Assembly (NCBI RefSeq): GCF_900105325.1
Contig: NZ_FNSU01000003.1
Location: 3,686,544-3,718,543, forward strand
DNA from: Pseudomonas marginalis
GTDB taxonomy: Bacteria > Pseudomonadota > Gammaproteobacteria > Pseudomonadales > Pseudomonadaceae
Length of the DNA stretch: 32,000 bases
Direction: 5' to 3'
The translations under genes and the position numbers were made by a program. The notes beneath the pieces are model-generated. The model was not told where the DNA came from. It did not search any database and saw nothing but the letters and a program-made list of their open reading frames with translations. Below, one piece after another: positions 1 to 11,682 of this stretch (position 1 is its first letter; each line of letters begins with the position of its first letter).

Positions 1-1
1 C

Positions 2-436
2 GGGGATGCAGTGATTCATGTGCGCCATGAGTTCACGTCCGAGGATGCACCGTTTTTCACGCCGAACTCTGAGGGTGCCTATTTGCACCCCAAGGTGCTG
101 AACGAGGGCAGCGAGCCGGTGGTGCTTAAACATTTCGTGAATGCGTTCCGCGAAACCCCTCTACGCGCCCTTCTGGAACAGCGCAGCATCACCGAACTGG
201 TGGTGGTCGGCAGCATGAGCCATATGTGCATCGATGCGGTGGTGCGGGCCGCAGCGGACCTGGGCTACAAGGTCACGGTGATTCATGACGCATGTGCCAC
301 CCGCGATCTGGAGTTCAATGGGCAGGTGATTCCGGCGGCGCAGGTGCATGGCGCGTATATGGCGTCGTTGGCATTTGGCTACGCGGGCGTAGTGTCAGCG
401 GATGAGTATTTGAAGGCGCAGGCAGCAGCGGCGTAA
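2..436 (+). CDS. isochorismatase-family cysteine hydrolase, 5' end cut by the window edge
   Basis: The frame is open from base 2 with no stop before the GTG at 11, and ends at TAA 434-436. VVVGSMSHMCIDAVVRAAADLGYKVTVIHDACATRD is the typical isochorismatase/nicotinamidase-fold motif with the nucleophile Cys. The visible ~144 aa is short for the family, so the true N-terminus probably lies outside the window. Confidence 0.75.
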   Translation, partial: GDAVIHVRHEFTSEDAPFFTPNSEGAYLHPKVLNEGSEPVVLKHFVNAFRETPLRALLEQRSITELVVVGSMSHMCIDAVVRAAADLGYKVTVIHDACATRDLEFNGQVIPAAQVHGAYMASLAFGYAGVVSADEYLKAQAAAA

Positions 437-457
437 GCGCTGCTTGCTTCTGTGCCG

Positions 458-1219
458 TCAGCGGGTCGCGATGATAAACAGGCGCGGGAAGGGCAGTAAT
501 ACGGTGCCATCGCCTAGTGCTGGATAAGCCTGTGTAATCCGCGCCTGGTATTCCTGTAGGAAAGCGGCTTTTTCGCTATCGGTCAGTGGCGCGAGAAAGG
601 GTCGCAAGCCCGAGCCCTTGAACCACTCCACCACAGCGGCATGATCCGCCAGCGGGTGCTGGTACGTGGTGTGCCACACATCCACGGTACTGCAGTGTTG
701 GCTCAGCAACTCGTAGTAGTAGCTCACCGAGTGGCGCTCATTGTGTTGGAACGCGCCGATCTTTGCCGCCCATGGGCCATCTGCCGCCACTTCGCGTGCC
801 AGCCGGTGGGCGGGTTCATTGAGGTTGTCTGGGGTTTGTACGGCGAGCGTGCCGCCAGGCGCCAACTGGTCGACCAGATGCGGATAGAGCGTGGCGTGGT
901 TTGGCAGCCATTGCAGCGAGGCGTTGGCGAGGATCACGTCGAATGTCTGCGACGGACTCCAGGCACCGATGTCCGCCAGCTCAAAGTTCAGCGCGGGCAG
1001 GCGCTTGCGGGCGTCGACCAGCATGTCGTCGGAACTGTCCAGGCCCGTCACCTGCGCCTGCGGGAAACGCTCGGCCAATACCTGGGTGGAGTTGCCGGGG
1101 CCGCAACCCAGGTCCACCGCTGTGTGCACCACGGTATTCGGAATGGCCGCGACCAGGTCACGGACCGGACGAGTGCGTTGTTGTTCAAACATCGTGTATT
1201 GCTTGGCAGACCAGGTCAT
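458..1219 (-). CDS. tam: trans-aconitate 2-methyltransferase
   Basis: 253 aa. The N-terminus MTWSAKQYTMFEQQRTRPVRDL and SAM-binding motif VDLGCGPGNST match the Tam family and its ~252 aa length. AAGGAG Shine-Dalgarno lies upstream of the ATG at 1219. Confidence 0.85.
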   Translation of the reverse strand: MTWSAKQYTMFEQQRTRPVRDLVAAIPNTVVHTAVDLGCGPGNSTQVLAERFPQAQVTGLDSSDDMLVDARKRLPALNFELADIGAWSPSQTFDVILANASLQWLPNHATLYPHLVDQLAPGGTLAVQTPDNLNEPAHRLAREVAADGPWAAKIGAFQHNERHSVSYYYELLSQHCSTVDVWHTTYQHPLADHAAVVEWFKGSGLRPFLAPLTDSEKAAFLQEYQARITQAYPALGDGTVLLPFPRLFIIATR

Positions 1220-1354
1220 CGCGGCTCTCCTTGTTCTGTGGAAGTGGGTTACAGCCTAAATCGAGTGGCCCCCGGAGACAAATGCCAGGGCCGGCGATCG
1301 TTCCATCCCGTCATTTAATCCGTTGCGGGTGCAGCTTCATGCATCACGAAATTA

Positions 1355-1391
1355 CAAAAAAGCCCCGAGAGCAGGGCTCACGGGGCTTTTT
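1355..1391 (-). terminator. rho-independent terminator downstream of ssb (A-run/T-run on both sides, potentially bidirectional)
   Basis: Stem AGCCCCG (1361-1367) pairs with CGGGGCT (1381-1387), with some extra pairing inside the 13-nt loop. It is flanked by an A-run at 1356-1360, which reads as a U-run in ssb sense, and a T-run at 1387-1391. It sits 34 nt after the ssb stop. Confidence 0.75.
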
Positions 1392-1424
1392 GGGAAAGCT
1401 ATACGGATTGCGCCGAGCGATATC

Positions 1425-1940
1425 CTAGAACGGAATATCGTCATCAAAGCTGTCGAAATCCGGAGCCGGTTGCGGAGCGGCCTGTTGCGGTGCTGGACGC
1501 GACTCACGCTGTGGCTGCTGGCTTGGCTGCGGACGCGTCTGCTGTGGACGCGGTGCCGAGTTGGACATACCGCCCTGGCCTTGTTGGTCGCCCTGTGGAC
1601 GGCCGCCCAGCAGTTGCATGGTGCCTTGCATGTCGACCACGATTTCAGTGGTGTAACGCTTGATGCCGTCTTTTTCCCACTCGCGGGTTTGCAGCTTGCC
1701 TTCGATGTAGACCTGCGAACCTTTGCGCAGGTATTCACCGGCGATCTCTGCGACCTTGCCGAACATCGACACACGGTGCCATTCGGTTTTCTCGACCTTC
1801 TGGCCGGTCTGCTTGTCGGTCCATTGTTCGCTGGTCGCCAGACTCAGGTTGGTCACGGCGTTACCGTTAGGCAAGTAGCGAACTTCGGGATCCTGGCCGC
1901 ATGTACCGACCAATATGACTTTGTTAACCCCACGGGCCAT
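1425..1940 (-). CDS. ssb: single-stranded DNA-binding protein
   Basis: 171 aa. OB-fold N-terminus [40 protein letters not shown], a Gly/Gln/Pro-rich linker and the acidic tail DFDDDIPF. Confidence 0.97.
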   Translation of the reverse strand: MARGVNKVILVGTCGQDPEVRYLPNGNAVTNLSLATSEQWTDKQTGQKVEKTEWHRVSMFGKVAEIAGEYLRKGSQVYIEGKLQTREWEKDGIKRYTTEIVVDMQGTMQLLGGRPQGDQQGQGGMSNSAPRPQQTRPQPSQQPQRESRPAPQQAAPQPAPDFDSFDDDIPF

Positions 1941-1949
1941 AACGTTCTC

Positions 1950-3344
1950 CTATGCTGGGCGCGCTGTCGGCACTGGGTTGACCAGTTGCTCGAGCGTCGC
2001 GCGATCCAATAATTCGGTGTCCAATTTGATGTAAATGGCCGCCTCTTCAGCGACCACGACTGCATCTGTTACCCCTACGACTGCCTTCAGGCGCTCTACC
2101 AGACCGCTTTCACGGATCGCCTCAGGCGATAGCGGCAAACGCAGGCTTGTGACGTAGGGAGGTTCGCGCATGGTAACAGCAAAGGCCAACCAAAGTGCAG
2201 CCAGCCCGGCGCATCCGAGGAACACAACCGACAAACCGCCATGCTGGAACATCCAGCCGCCCATGATGCCGCCCAGCGCCGAGCCAAGGAACTGGCTGGT
2301 GGAATACACCCCCATCGCCGTGCCTTTGCCGCCGGCCGGTGAAACTTTACTGATCAGCGAAGGCAATGAAGCCTCCAGCAGGTTGAACGCGGTGAAGAAC
2401 ACCACCGTGCCAATAACCAGCGCCCGTAGGCTGTCGCCGAACTGCCAGAAGAATAGTTCAGTGAGCATTAATGTCGCGACGGCACCGAGCAAAACTCGTT
2501 TCATTTTGCGTTTCTTCTCGCCATAGATGATGAACGGGATCATGGCGAAGAACGAAATCAGCAGTGCGGTGAGGTAGACCCACCAGTGCTGTTCCTTGGG
2601 CAGCCCGGCTTTTTCCACCAGCGCCAGGGGCAAGGCGACGAAGCTGCACATCAGCATTGCGTGTAAGACGAAGATACCTAAATCCAGGCGCAACAGATCC
2701 GGGTGCTTGAGCGTCGGCAACAGGGCCTTGCGTGCGACGCCCGACTCACGGTGCTGCAACGTGCCAGTGGAGCGCGGCACCATGAAGGCCACGATCACGA
2801 TCCCGAACAACGCCATGCCGCCGGTGGCAAGGAACAGGCCGTGCAAGCCAAAGGCACGCGTCAGCAATGGGCCCACGACCATGGCCACGGCGAACGACAG
2901 ACCGATGGTCATGCCGATCATGGCCATGGCCTTGGTGCGGTGTTGCTCACGGGTCAGGTCGGACAGCAGCGCCATGACGGCAGCGGAAATCGCCCCGGCA
3001 CCTTGCAGTATGCGTCCGGCGATCACGCCCCAGATCGAATCGGATTGTGCCGCGAGCACGCTGCCGAGGGCGAAGACAATCAGCCCGAGGTAAATCACCG
3101 GGCGCCGGCCAATCCGGTCGGAAATGATTCCGAACGGGATCTGAAAAATCGCCTGGGTCAGGCCATAGGCGCCAATCGCCAGGCCGATCAGTGCGGGGGT
3201 CGCGCCTGCCAGATCCATTCCATAGGTCGCCAGTACCGGCAACACCATGAACATGCCAAGCATACGGAACGCGAACACCAGGGCCAGACCGCTTGCTGCT
3301 CGGGTCTCGCCGCTACTCATGCGTTCGCTGTGGGGATCGTGCAT
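1950..3344 (-). CDS. yajR: MFS transporter, YajR-like, with a cytosolic C-terminal (YAM-type) domain
   Basis: 464 aa, about 12 hydrophobic segments, MFS motif [12 protein letters not shown]. Long stretches match my recollection of E. coli YajR ([69 protein letters not shown]). A ~75 aa soluble tail follows the last TM. GAGG lies 9 nt before the ATG at 3344. The ortholog name is from memory, not from a search. Confidence 0.85.
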   Translation of the reverse strand: MHDPHSERMSSGETRAASGLALVFAFRMLGMFMVLPVLATYGMDLAGATPALIGLAIGAYGLTQAIFQIPFGIISDRIGRRPVIYLGLIVFALGSVLAAQSDSIWGVIAGRILQGAGAISAAVMALLSDLTREQHRTKAMAMIGMTIGLSFAVAMVVGPLLTRAFGLHGLFLATGGMALFGIVIVAFMVPRSTGTLQHRESGVARKALLPTLKHPDLLRLDLGIFVLHAMLMCSFVALPLALVEKAGLPKEQHWWVYLTALLISFFAMIPFIIYGEKKRKMKRVLLGAVATLMLTELFFWQFGDSLRALVIGTVVFFTAFNLLEASLPSLISKVSPAGGKGTAMGVYSTSQFLGSALGGIMGGWMFQHGGLSVVFLGCAGLAALWLAFAVTMREPPYVTSLRLPLSPEAIRESGLVERLKAVVGVTDAVVVAEEAAIYIKLDTELLDRATLEQLVNPVPTARPA

Positions 3345-3456
3345 GGAAAAACCTCGTGTGAACCGGCGGCGATTCTACCAGTCCCATCGATTGAGAGGGT
3401 ATATGCGGCGCTTTGCCGCGCAGCTTTCATGTAAGGCTGCACCCGGCACTTTGACA

Positions 3457-3472
3457 GTGTATATTCATCCAG
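3457..3472 (+). promoter_or_regulatory. degenerate LexA (SOS) box upstream of uvrA
   Basis: GTGTATATTCATCCAG compared with the CTG-N10-CAG consensus. It differs from the E. coli uvrA/ssb box as I remember it (CTGTATATTCATTCAG) at 2 of 16 positions, one of which is the critical C of the left CTG arm. It lies 51 nt upstream of the uvrA TTG start and abuts a TTGACA hexamer at 3451-3456. Confidence 0.4.
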
Positions 3473-3522
3473 TCTTTAGCCGTATACTCCTGCATTATTT
3501 ACGCCCGCCGTGCGAGGCCATC

Positions 3523-6357
<2,835 letters not shown>

Positions 6358-6372
6358 TTTATCAGGCCCAAT

Positions 6373-6412
6373 AAAAAGCCCCTGTCACTGCTGAAGTGAC
6401 AGGGGCTTTTTT
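6373..6412. terminator. bidirectional rho-independent terminator shared by convergent uvrA and bfrA
   Basis: A perfect 12-bp stem, AGCCCCTGTCAC (6377-6388) with GTGACAGGGGCT (6396-6407), encloses a 7-nt loop. An A-run lies upstream and T6 downstream, so it works in both orientations. Confidence 0.85.
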
Positions 6413-6420
6413 GTAGGAAA

Positions 6421-6885
6421 TCAGAACTGCGATTGCAGGTAGTTTTCCAGGCCAATCAGCTTGATCAAGCCCAACTGCTTTTCCAGCCAGTAGGTGTGAT
6501 CTTCTTCGGTATCGTTCAACTGCACGCGCAGGATTTCCCGCGTGACGAAGTCGCTGTGCTGCTCGCAGAGCTCGATGCCCTTGCAGAGAGCGGCACGCAC
6601 CTTGTATTCAAGACGAAGATCGGCTGCAAGCATGTCAGGTACGCTGGTACCCACATCCAGATCGTCGGGACGCATACGTGGCGTACCTTCGAGCATCAGG
6701 ATACGACGCATCAGTGCATCGGCGTGCTGTGCCTCTTCTTCCATTTCGTGGTTGATACGCTCGTAGAGTTCGGTAAAACCCCAGTCTTCGTACATGCGCG
6801 AGTGGATGAAATATTGATCACGAGCTGCCAGTTCGCCCGTCAGCAACGTGTTGAGGTAATCGATTACGTCGGGGTGACCTTGCAT
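6421..6885 (-). CDS. bfrA: bacterioferritin-family ferritin (BfrA/FtnA type, no heme-ligand Met52)
   Basis: Trimmed from the track start at 6927 to the ATG at 6885, giving [26 protein letters not shown] and 154 aa. GGGAGA lies 10 nt upstream. Ferroxidase ligands E18, E51 and H54 are present, but residue 52 is Ala (GCA, 6730-6732) instead of Met. Confidence 0.9.
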   Translation of the reverse strand: MQGHPDVIDYLNTLLTGELAARDQYFIHSRMYEDWGFTELYERINHEMEEEAQHADALMRRILMLEGTPRMRPDDLDVGTSVPDMLAADLRLEYKVRAALCKGIELCEQHSDFVTREILRVQLNDTEEDHTYWLEKQLGLIKLIGLENYLQSQF

Positions 6886-6954
6886 CGCCCTACATCTCCC
6901 TGCTTGAAAGTCTGTAGTTTGAACCATGCTGACTCGGAGGTCACGGGACTAACG

Positions 6955-6984
6955 GCAGAAAAGTGAAGATTTCCGCAGAAAAGT
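6955..6984. repeat. tandem direct repeat GCAGAAAAGT x2 with 20-bp period, in the bfrA upstream region
   Basis: Identical 10-mers occur at 6955-6964 and 6975-6984. The extended comparison is CGGCAGAAAAGTGA versus CCGCAGAAAAGTAG. The repeat lies between the katA terminator and the bfrA start. Confidence 0.6.
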
Positions 6985-6996
6985 AGCTGAAATAAC

Positions 6997-7023
6997 GCAA
7001 AAACCGCCCAAATGAGGGCGGTT
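6997..7023 (-). terminator. rho-independent terminator of katA
   Basis: Stem AACCGCCC (7002-7009) pairs with GGGCGGTT (7016-7023) around a 6-nt loop. In katA sense it is followed by a U5 run. It sits 18 nt after the katA stop. Confidence 0.8.
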
Positions 7024-7040
7024 CTGCTTATCGTTTAGAG

Positions 7041-8489
7041 TCAGTTAAGCGATACACCCAGTGCCTTTGCGATTGCTTCTCCATAAGCAGGATCTGCCTT
7101 ATAGAAGTGCTGCAGCTGACGCTGGACCACATCACTGGAGACACCGCTCATTGCGCCGGCGATGTTATTGGTGAGCAGTGCTTTCTGCTCATCATTCATC
7201 AGGCGGAACAGCGCACCTGCGTGGCTGTAGTAATCGGTGTCTTCGCGATGATCGTAACGATCAGCTGCACCGCTCAAAGCCAACGCTGGCTCGGCGTACT
7301 GAGGCGCTTGCTTGGGTGCTTCGGCGTAGCTGTTCGGTTCGTAGTTCGGAGTCGCACCACCATTGCTGCCAAATGCCATTGAGCCATCACGCTGGTAGCT
7401 GTTGACCGGGCTGCGCGGAGCATTCACCGGCAATTGCTGGTGGTTGGTACCCACACGGTAGCGGTGAGCATCTGCGTAAGCGAAAACCCGACCTTGGAGC
7501 ATACGGTCTGGCGACAGGCCAACGCCTGGAACCATGTTGCTTGGGCCAAATGCAGCCTGCTCTACTTCAGCGAAGTAGTTCTGCGGGTTGCGGTTAAGTT
7601 CCAGCTCACCCACTTCAATCAACGGGAATTCTTTCTGCGACCAGGTTTTGGTCACATCAAACGGATTCTCGTAATGGGCGTTCGCCTGGGCCTCGGTCAT
7701 GATCTGGATACAGACCCGCCATTTCGGGAAGTCACCGCGCTCGATCGCACCAAACAGATCCCGCTGGGCGTAATCAGGATCAGTACCGGCCAGACGGGCC
7801 GCGTCAGCCGGTGCCAGGTTCTTGATGCCTTGCTTGGTTTTGTAGTGCCACTTCACCCAGTGCCGCTCGCCGCTGGCGTTAATCAAGCTGTAGGTGTGGC
7901 TGCCAAAGCCGTGCATATGACGGTAGCCATCGGGAATACCACGGTCCGAAAACAGAATGGTGACCTGGTGCAGCGCCTCTGGAGAGTGCGACCAGAAGTC
8001 CCACATCATTTGCGCGCTTTTCAGGTTGCTTTGCGGCAACCGCTTCTGAGTGTGGATGAAATCTGGGAATTTCAGCGGATCGCGTATGAAGAACACCGGT
8101 GTGTTGTTACCCACGATGTCCCAATTACCTTCTTCGGTGTAGAACTTCAAGGCGAAACCACGAGGGTCGCGCTCTGTGTCCGCCGACCCACGCTCCCCCC
8201 CCACAGTGGAGAAACGCAGGAACGTTGGAGTTTGCTTACCAACGGATTCGAACAATTTGGCGCTGGTGTACTGGGTGATGTCCCGGGTGACCGTGAAGGT
8301 CCCGTAGGCACCCGACCCCTTGGCGTGTACGCGACGCTCAGGGATGTTTTCACGGTTGAAATGGGCAAGTTTCTCGATCAGGTGAAAATCGTCAAGAAGC
8401 AGCGGGCCGCGCGGGCCGGCTGAACGGGAATTCTGGTTATCCGCAACGGGAGCGCCGCTGGCGGTGGTAAGGATTTTATTCTGGCTCAT
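7041..8489 (-). CDS. katA: monofunctional heme catalase
   Basis: Clade-3 catalase motifs are present ([49 protein letters not shown]). The track start at 8495 is a TTG only 4 nt after the GAGGA. The ATG at 8489 has better spacing and gives 482 aa. Confidence 0.95.
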   Translation of the reverse strand: MSQNKILTTASGAPVADNQNSRSAGPRGPLLLDDFHLIEKLAHFNRENIPERRVHAKGSGAYGTFTVTRDITQYTSAKLFESVGKQTPTFLRFSTVGGERGSADTERDPRGFALKFYTEEGNWDIVGNNTPVFFIRDPLKFPDFIHTQKRLPQSNLKSAQMMWDFWSHSPEALHQVTILFSDRGIPDGYRHMHGFGSHTYSLINASGERHWVKWHYKTKQGIKNLAPADAARLAGTDPDYAQRDLFGAIERGDFPKWRVCIQIMTEAQANAHYENPFDVTKTWSQKEFPLIEVGELELNRNPQNYFAEVEQAAFGPSNMVPGVGLSPDRMLQGRVFAYADAHRYRVGTNHQQLPVNAPRSPVNSYQRDGSMAFGSNGGATPNYEPNSYAEAPKQAPQYAEPALALSGAADRYDHREDTDYYSHAGALFRLMNDEQKALLTNNIAGAMSGVSSDVVQRQLQHFYKADPAYGEAIAKALGVSLN

Positions 8490-8624
8490 GCTCAATTTTC
8501 CTCAGGTCGGACTTGGAACTGCCGGCTAATCGGCTTGGAGGGAGTATTGACCATCAACATGACACCTACAAATTCATTAAATTGTAAGCTTCAATAGAAA
8601 ATAACTAACAATACCCCCGCGCAC

Positions 8625-8641
8625 ATAGTGCTGAGCGCTAT
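8625..8641. promoter_or_regulatory. 17-bp palindrome ATAGnGCTnAGCnCTAT upstream of katA (possible regulator site)
   Basis: ATAGTGCTGAGCGCTAT is symmetric at 14 of 17 positions. It lies 136-152 nt upstream of the katA ATG, next to a very AT-rich stretch at 8560-8615. Confidence 0.3.
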
Positions 8642-8681
8642 CTGAGGAAGCTTGTACAAATCGCGCTTTTGTTACGCGCAC

Positions 8682-8706
8682 AAAAAACCGGGCACTAGGC
8701 CCGGTT
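8682..8706 (-). terminator. rho-independent terminator ending the alpha operon (after rplQ)
   Basis: Stem AACCGGGC (8686-8693) pairs with GCCCGGTT (8699-8706). In operon sense a U6 run follows. It sits 21 nt after the rplQ stop. Confidence 0.85.
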
Positions 8707-8726
8707 CTTCGTTACAGCTTGTCGTC

Positions 8727-9113
8727 TTACTCGGCGCTTACAGCTTCGCCGGCAGTAGCACGATCAACCAACTCGACGTACGCCATAGGCGCGTTGTCGC
8801 CAGCGCGGAAACCGCACTTGAGGATGCGCAGGTAGCCACCCTCACGGGTAGCGTAACGCTTGCCCAGGTCGTTGAAGAGCTTACCAACGATAGCTTTCGA
8901 ACGAGTACGGTCGAAAGCCAGACGGCGGTTAGCCAGGCTGTCTGTCTTGGCCAAAGTGATCAGCGGCTCAGCAACGCGACGCAGTTCTTTAGCTTTCGGC
9001 AGTGTAGTTTTGATCAGCTCGTGCTCGAACAGCGACACCGCCATGTTTTGAAACATGGCCTTGCGGTGCGAGCTGGTACGGCTCAGGTGACGACCACTTT
9101 TACGATGACGCAT
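8727..9113 (-). CDS. rplQ: 50S ribosomal protein L17
   Basis: 128 aa, [24 protein letters not shown]. It is the last gene of the alpha operon. Confidence 0.98.
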
Positions 9114-9154
9114 GGTTCATTCCTTACCAAACTCACGTTCGGTGATTACGACGA

Positions 9155-10156
9155 TCAGGCAGTCGCCTTGTCGTCCTTCTTAAGACTTGCAGGCGGCCAG
9201 TTGTCGAGGCGCATGCCGAGGGACAGACCGCGGGAGGCCAGAACGTCCTTGATTTCAGTCAAGGATTTCTTGCCCAGGTTCGGAGTCTTCAACAGTTCTA
9301 CTTCGGTACGCTGAATCAGGTCGCCGATGTAGTAAATGTTTTCCGCCTTAAGGCAGTTAGCCGAACGTACAGTCAGTTCCAGATCGTCAACCGGGCGAAG
9401 CAGGATCGGATCGATCTCGTCTTCCTGCTCGATTACCACTGGTTCACTGTCACCTTTGAGGTCGACGAACGCAGCCAACTGCTGTTGCAGAATGGTTGCA
9501 GCGCGGCGGATAGCCTCTTCAGGATCCAGAGTACCGTTGGTTTCCAGATCAATAACCAGCTTGTCCAGGTTAGTACGCTGCTCGACACGGGCGTTTTCCA
9601 CCACGTATGCGATACGGCGAACCGGGCTGAACGAAGAGTCAAGCTGCAAGCGACCAATGCTGCGGCTTTCGTCTTCATCGCTCTGACGCGAGTCGGCCGG
9701 TTCATAACCACGACCACGAGCTACGGTGAGCTTCATGTTCAGGGCGCCGTTAGACGCCAGGTTAGCGATTACGTGATCGGGGTTAACGATCTCGACATCA
9801 TGATCCAGCTGAATATCGGCAGCGGTAACCACCCCCGAACCCTTCTTCGACAAGGTCAGCGTAACTTCGTCACGGCCGTGCAGCTTGATAGCCAGACCTT
9901 TAAGGTTCAACAGGATTTCAATTACGTCTTCCTGTACACCTTCGATGGCGCTGTACTCGTGGAGCACACCGTCAATCTCGGCCTCGACTACTGCACAGCC
10001 GGGCATTGAGGACAACAGGATGCGGCGCAGCGCGTTGCCCAGGGTGTGGCCAAAACCACGCTCGAGAGGCTCGAGAGTGATCTTGGCGCGGGTTGGACTG
10101 ACAACCTGCACATCAATGTGGCGGGGTGTCAGGAACTCATTTACCGAAATCTGCAT
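9155..10156 (-). CDS. rpoA: RNA polymerase alpha subunit
   Basis: 333 aa, with [15 protein letters not shown] in the N-terminal domain and a C-terminal domain containing [12 protein letters not shown]. Confidence 0.98.
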   Translation of the reverse strand: MQISVNEFLTPRHIDVQVVSPTRAKITLEPLERGFGHTLGNALRRILLSSMPGCAVVEAEIDGVLHEYSAIEGVQEDVIEILLNLKGLAIKLHGRDEVTLTLSKKGSGVVTAADIQLDHDVEIVNPDHVIANLASNGALNMKLTVARGRGYEPADSRQSDEDESRSIGRLQLDSSFSPVRRIAYVVENARVEQRTNLDKLVIDLETNGTLDPEEAIRRAATILQQQLAAFVDLKGDSEPVVIEQEDEIDPILLRPVDDLELTVRSANCLKAENIYYIGDLIQRTEVELLKTPNLGKKSLTEIKDVLASRGLSLGMRLDNWPPASLKKDDKATA

Positions 10157-10178
10157 GGATGCACCTATTTTCTAGCCC

Positions 10179-10799
10179 TTACTTGGAGTAGAGCTCGACA
10201 ATCAGGCTTTCGTTGATGTCGGCGGACAGATCACTGCGAGCAGGAACGTTCTTGAAAACGCCCGACTTCTTCTCAGTGTCTACTTCTACCCATTCTACGC
10301 GGCCACGTTGGGCACACAGATCGAGAGCTTGGACAATGCGAAGTTGGTTTTTTGCTTTCTCGCGAACTGCGACCACGTCACCAGCACGAACCTGGTAGGA
10401 CGGAACGTTTACGGTCTGACCGTTAACGCTGATCGACTTGTGCGATACCAGCTGACGGGATTCGGCACGAGTCGAACCAAAGCCCATACGGTATACAACG
10501 TTGTCCAGACGGCATTCGAGCAGTTGCAGCAGGTTTTCACCGGTTGCACCTTTCTTGCCAGCAGCTTCTTTGTAGTAGCCGCTGAACTGACGCTCGAGAA
10601 CGCCGTAGATACGGCGGACCTTCTGCTTTTCACGCAGTTGGGTGCCGTAATCGGACTGGCGACCGCGGCGTTGGCCGTGGATACCAGGTGCTGCTTCAAT
10701 GTTGCACTTCGATTCGATCGCGCGCACGCCGCTCTTCAGGAAGAGATCGGTGCCTTCGCGACGAGCGAGTTTGCATTTTGGACCAATGTAACGAGCCAT
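10179..10799 (-). CDS. rpsD: 30S ribosomal protein S4
   Basis: 206 aa, [24 protein letters not shown]. Confidence 0.98.
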   Translation of the reverse strand: MARYIGPKCKLARREGTDLFLKSGVRAIESKCNIEAAPGIHGQRRGRQSDYGTQLREKQKVRRIYGVLERQFSGYYKEAAGKKGATGENLLQLLECRLDNVVYRMGFGSTRAESRQLVSHKSISVNGQTVNVPSYQVRAGDVVAVREKAKNQLRIVQALDLCAQRGRVEWVEVDTEKKSGVFKNVPARSDLSADINESLIVELYSK

Positions 10800-10817
10800 T
10801 CTTTACAATCTCCTGGA

Positions 10818-11207
10818 TTACACGCGGCGCTTCTTCGGCGGACGGCACCCGTTGTGCGGGATTGGCGTCACGTCGGTGATGCTGGCGATCTTATAGCCAC
10901 AGCCGTTCAAAGCACGGACAGCAGACTCACGACCTGGACCTGGACCTTTGACGTTAACGTCGAGGTTTTTCAGGCCATATTCCAGCGCAGCTTGACCAGC
11001 ACGTTCAGCAGCTACTTGAGCAGCAAACGGGGTGGACTTGCGGGAACCGCGGAAACCCGAACCACCGGAGGTAGCCCAAGAAAGCGCGTTACCTTGACGG
11101 TCGGTGATGGTCACGATGGTGTTGTTAAAAGATGCATGGATGTGGGCGATGCCATCAACCACTGTCTTTTTAACTTTTTTACGAGGACGAGCAGCAGGTT
11201 TTGCCAT
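10818..11207 (-). CDS. rpsK: 30S ribosomal protein S11
   Basis: 129 aa, [26 protein letters not shown]. Confidence 0.98.
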   Translation of the reverse strand: MAKPAARPRKKVKKTVVDGIAHIHASFNNTIVTITDRQGNALSWATSGGSGFRGSRKSTPFAAQVAAERAGQAALEYGLKNLDVNVKGPGPGRESAVRALNGCGYKIASITDVTPIPHNGCRPPKKRRV

Positions 11208-11237
11208 GATAATTTTCCTGTCGATTCGCTGGGGCGA

Positions 11238-11594
11238 TTACTTGCGGATCGGCTTACGCGGACCTTTACGGGTACGCGCGTTAGTCTTGGTACGCTGACC
11301 GCGTACTGGAAGACCACGACGATGACGCAGACCGCGATAGCAACCGAGGTCCATCAAACGCTTGATTTTCATGTTGATTTCGCGACGCAGGTCACCTTCA
11401 GTGGTGAACTTCGCCACTTCGCCACGCAGCAATTCAATCTGCTCGTCGCTCAGATCCTTGATCTTAGCGGCTGGGTTTACCCCAGCAACTGCGCAAATTT
11501 TCTGCGCAGTAGTGCGACCAACACCATAGATGTAGGTCAGCGAGATAACAGTGTGCTTGTTATCTGGAATGTTAACGCCTGCAATACGGGCCAT
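11238..11594 (-). CDS. rpsM: 30S ribosomal protein S13
   Basis: 118 aa, [26 protein letters not shown]. Confidence 0.98.
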   Translation of the reverse strand: MARIAGVNIPDNKHTVISLTYIYGVGRTTAQKICAVAGVNPAAKIKDLSDEQIELLRGEVAKFTTEGDLRREINMKIKRLMDLGCYRGLRHRRGLPVRGQRTKTNARTRKGPRKPIRK

Positions 11595-11653
11595 TCAGTG
11601 GGACTCCAATTGACAGCTACCTACGCCCCGGAAGCCAAGAAATAGGGCGCGAG

Positions 11654-11682
11654 ATAATATCGCTGTAATAACAAATAATCAA
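11654..11682 (-). promoter_or_regulatory. candidate sigma-70 promoter of the alpha operon
   Basis: On the minus strand: TTGATT (11682-11677), a 17-nt spacer, then TATTAT (11659-11654). This leaves a ~55-nt leader before the rpsM ATG. Confidence 0.55.

Noticed and set aside
641-2012. Plus-strand ORFs 641-1318, 891-1259, 901-1428 and 1323-2012, and minus-strand ORF 1352-1774, around tam and ssb.
   Set aside because: They are antisense to, or out of frame with, tam and ssb. Their Arg/Ala/Pro-rich composition is typical of wrong-frame translation of GC-rich DNA.
3451-3488. TTGACA (3451-3456) plus TATACT (3483-3488), considered as the uvrA core promoter.
   Set aside because: The hexamers are 26 nt apart, far from the 16-18 nt optimum. 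No acceptable partner hexamer sits at the correct spacing for either one, so no promoter is called.
3247-3522. 92-codon N-terminal extension of uvrA in the ORF track. There are similar extensions of bfrA (to 6927), katA (to 8495), rpsN (to 16198), rpsQ (to 17698), rpmC (to 17889), rpsC (to 19082) and rplC (to 22066).
   Set aside because: The extensions are not conserved N-termini. They overlap upstream genes or intergenic regulatory DNA, and each trimmed start has a proper Shine-Dalgarno and gives the canonical family length.
8547-8557. TTGACCATCAA (TTGATGGTCAA on the katA strand), considered as an Anr/FNR box upstream of katA.
   Set aside because: The FNR/Anr consensus is TTGAT-N4-ATCAA, which is TTGA-N6-TCAA. 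Here the arms are separated by only 3 nt, so the geometry does not fit.
8625-8641. ATAG...CTAT arms, considered as a canonical OxyR site.
   Set aside because: The spacing is N9 instead of N7, and no second ATAG/CTAT pair lies one helical turn away. It is kept only as an unassigned palindrome.
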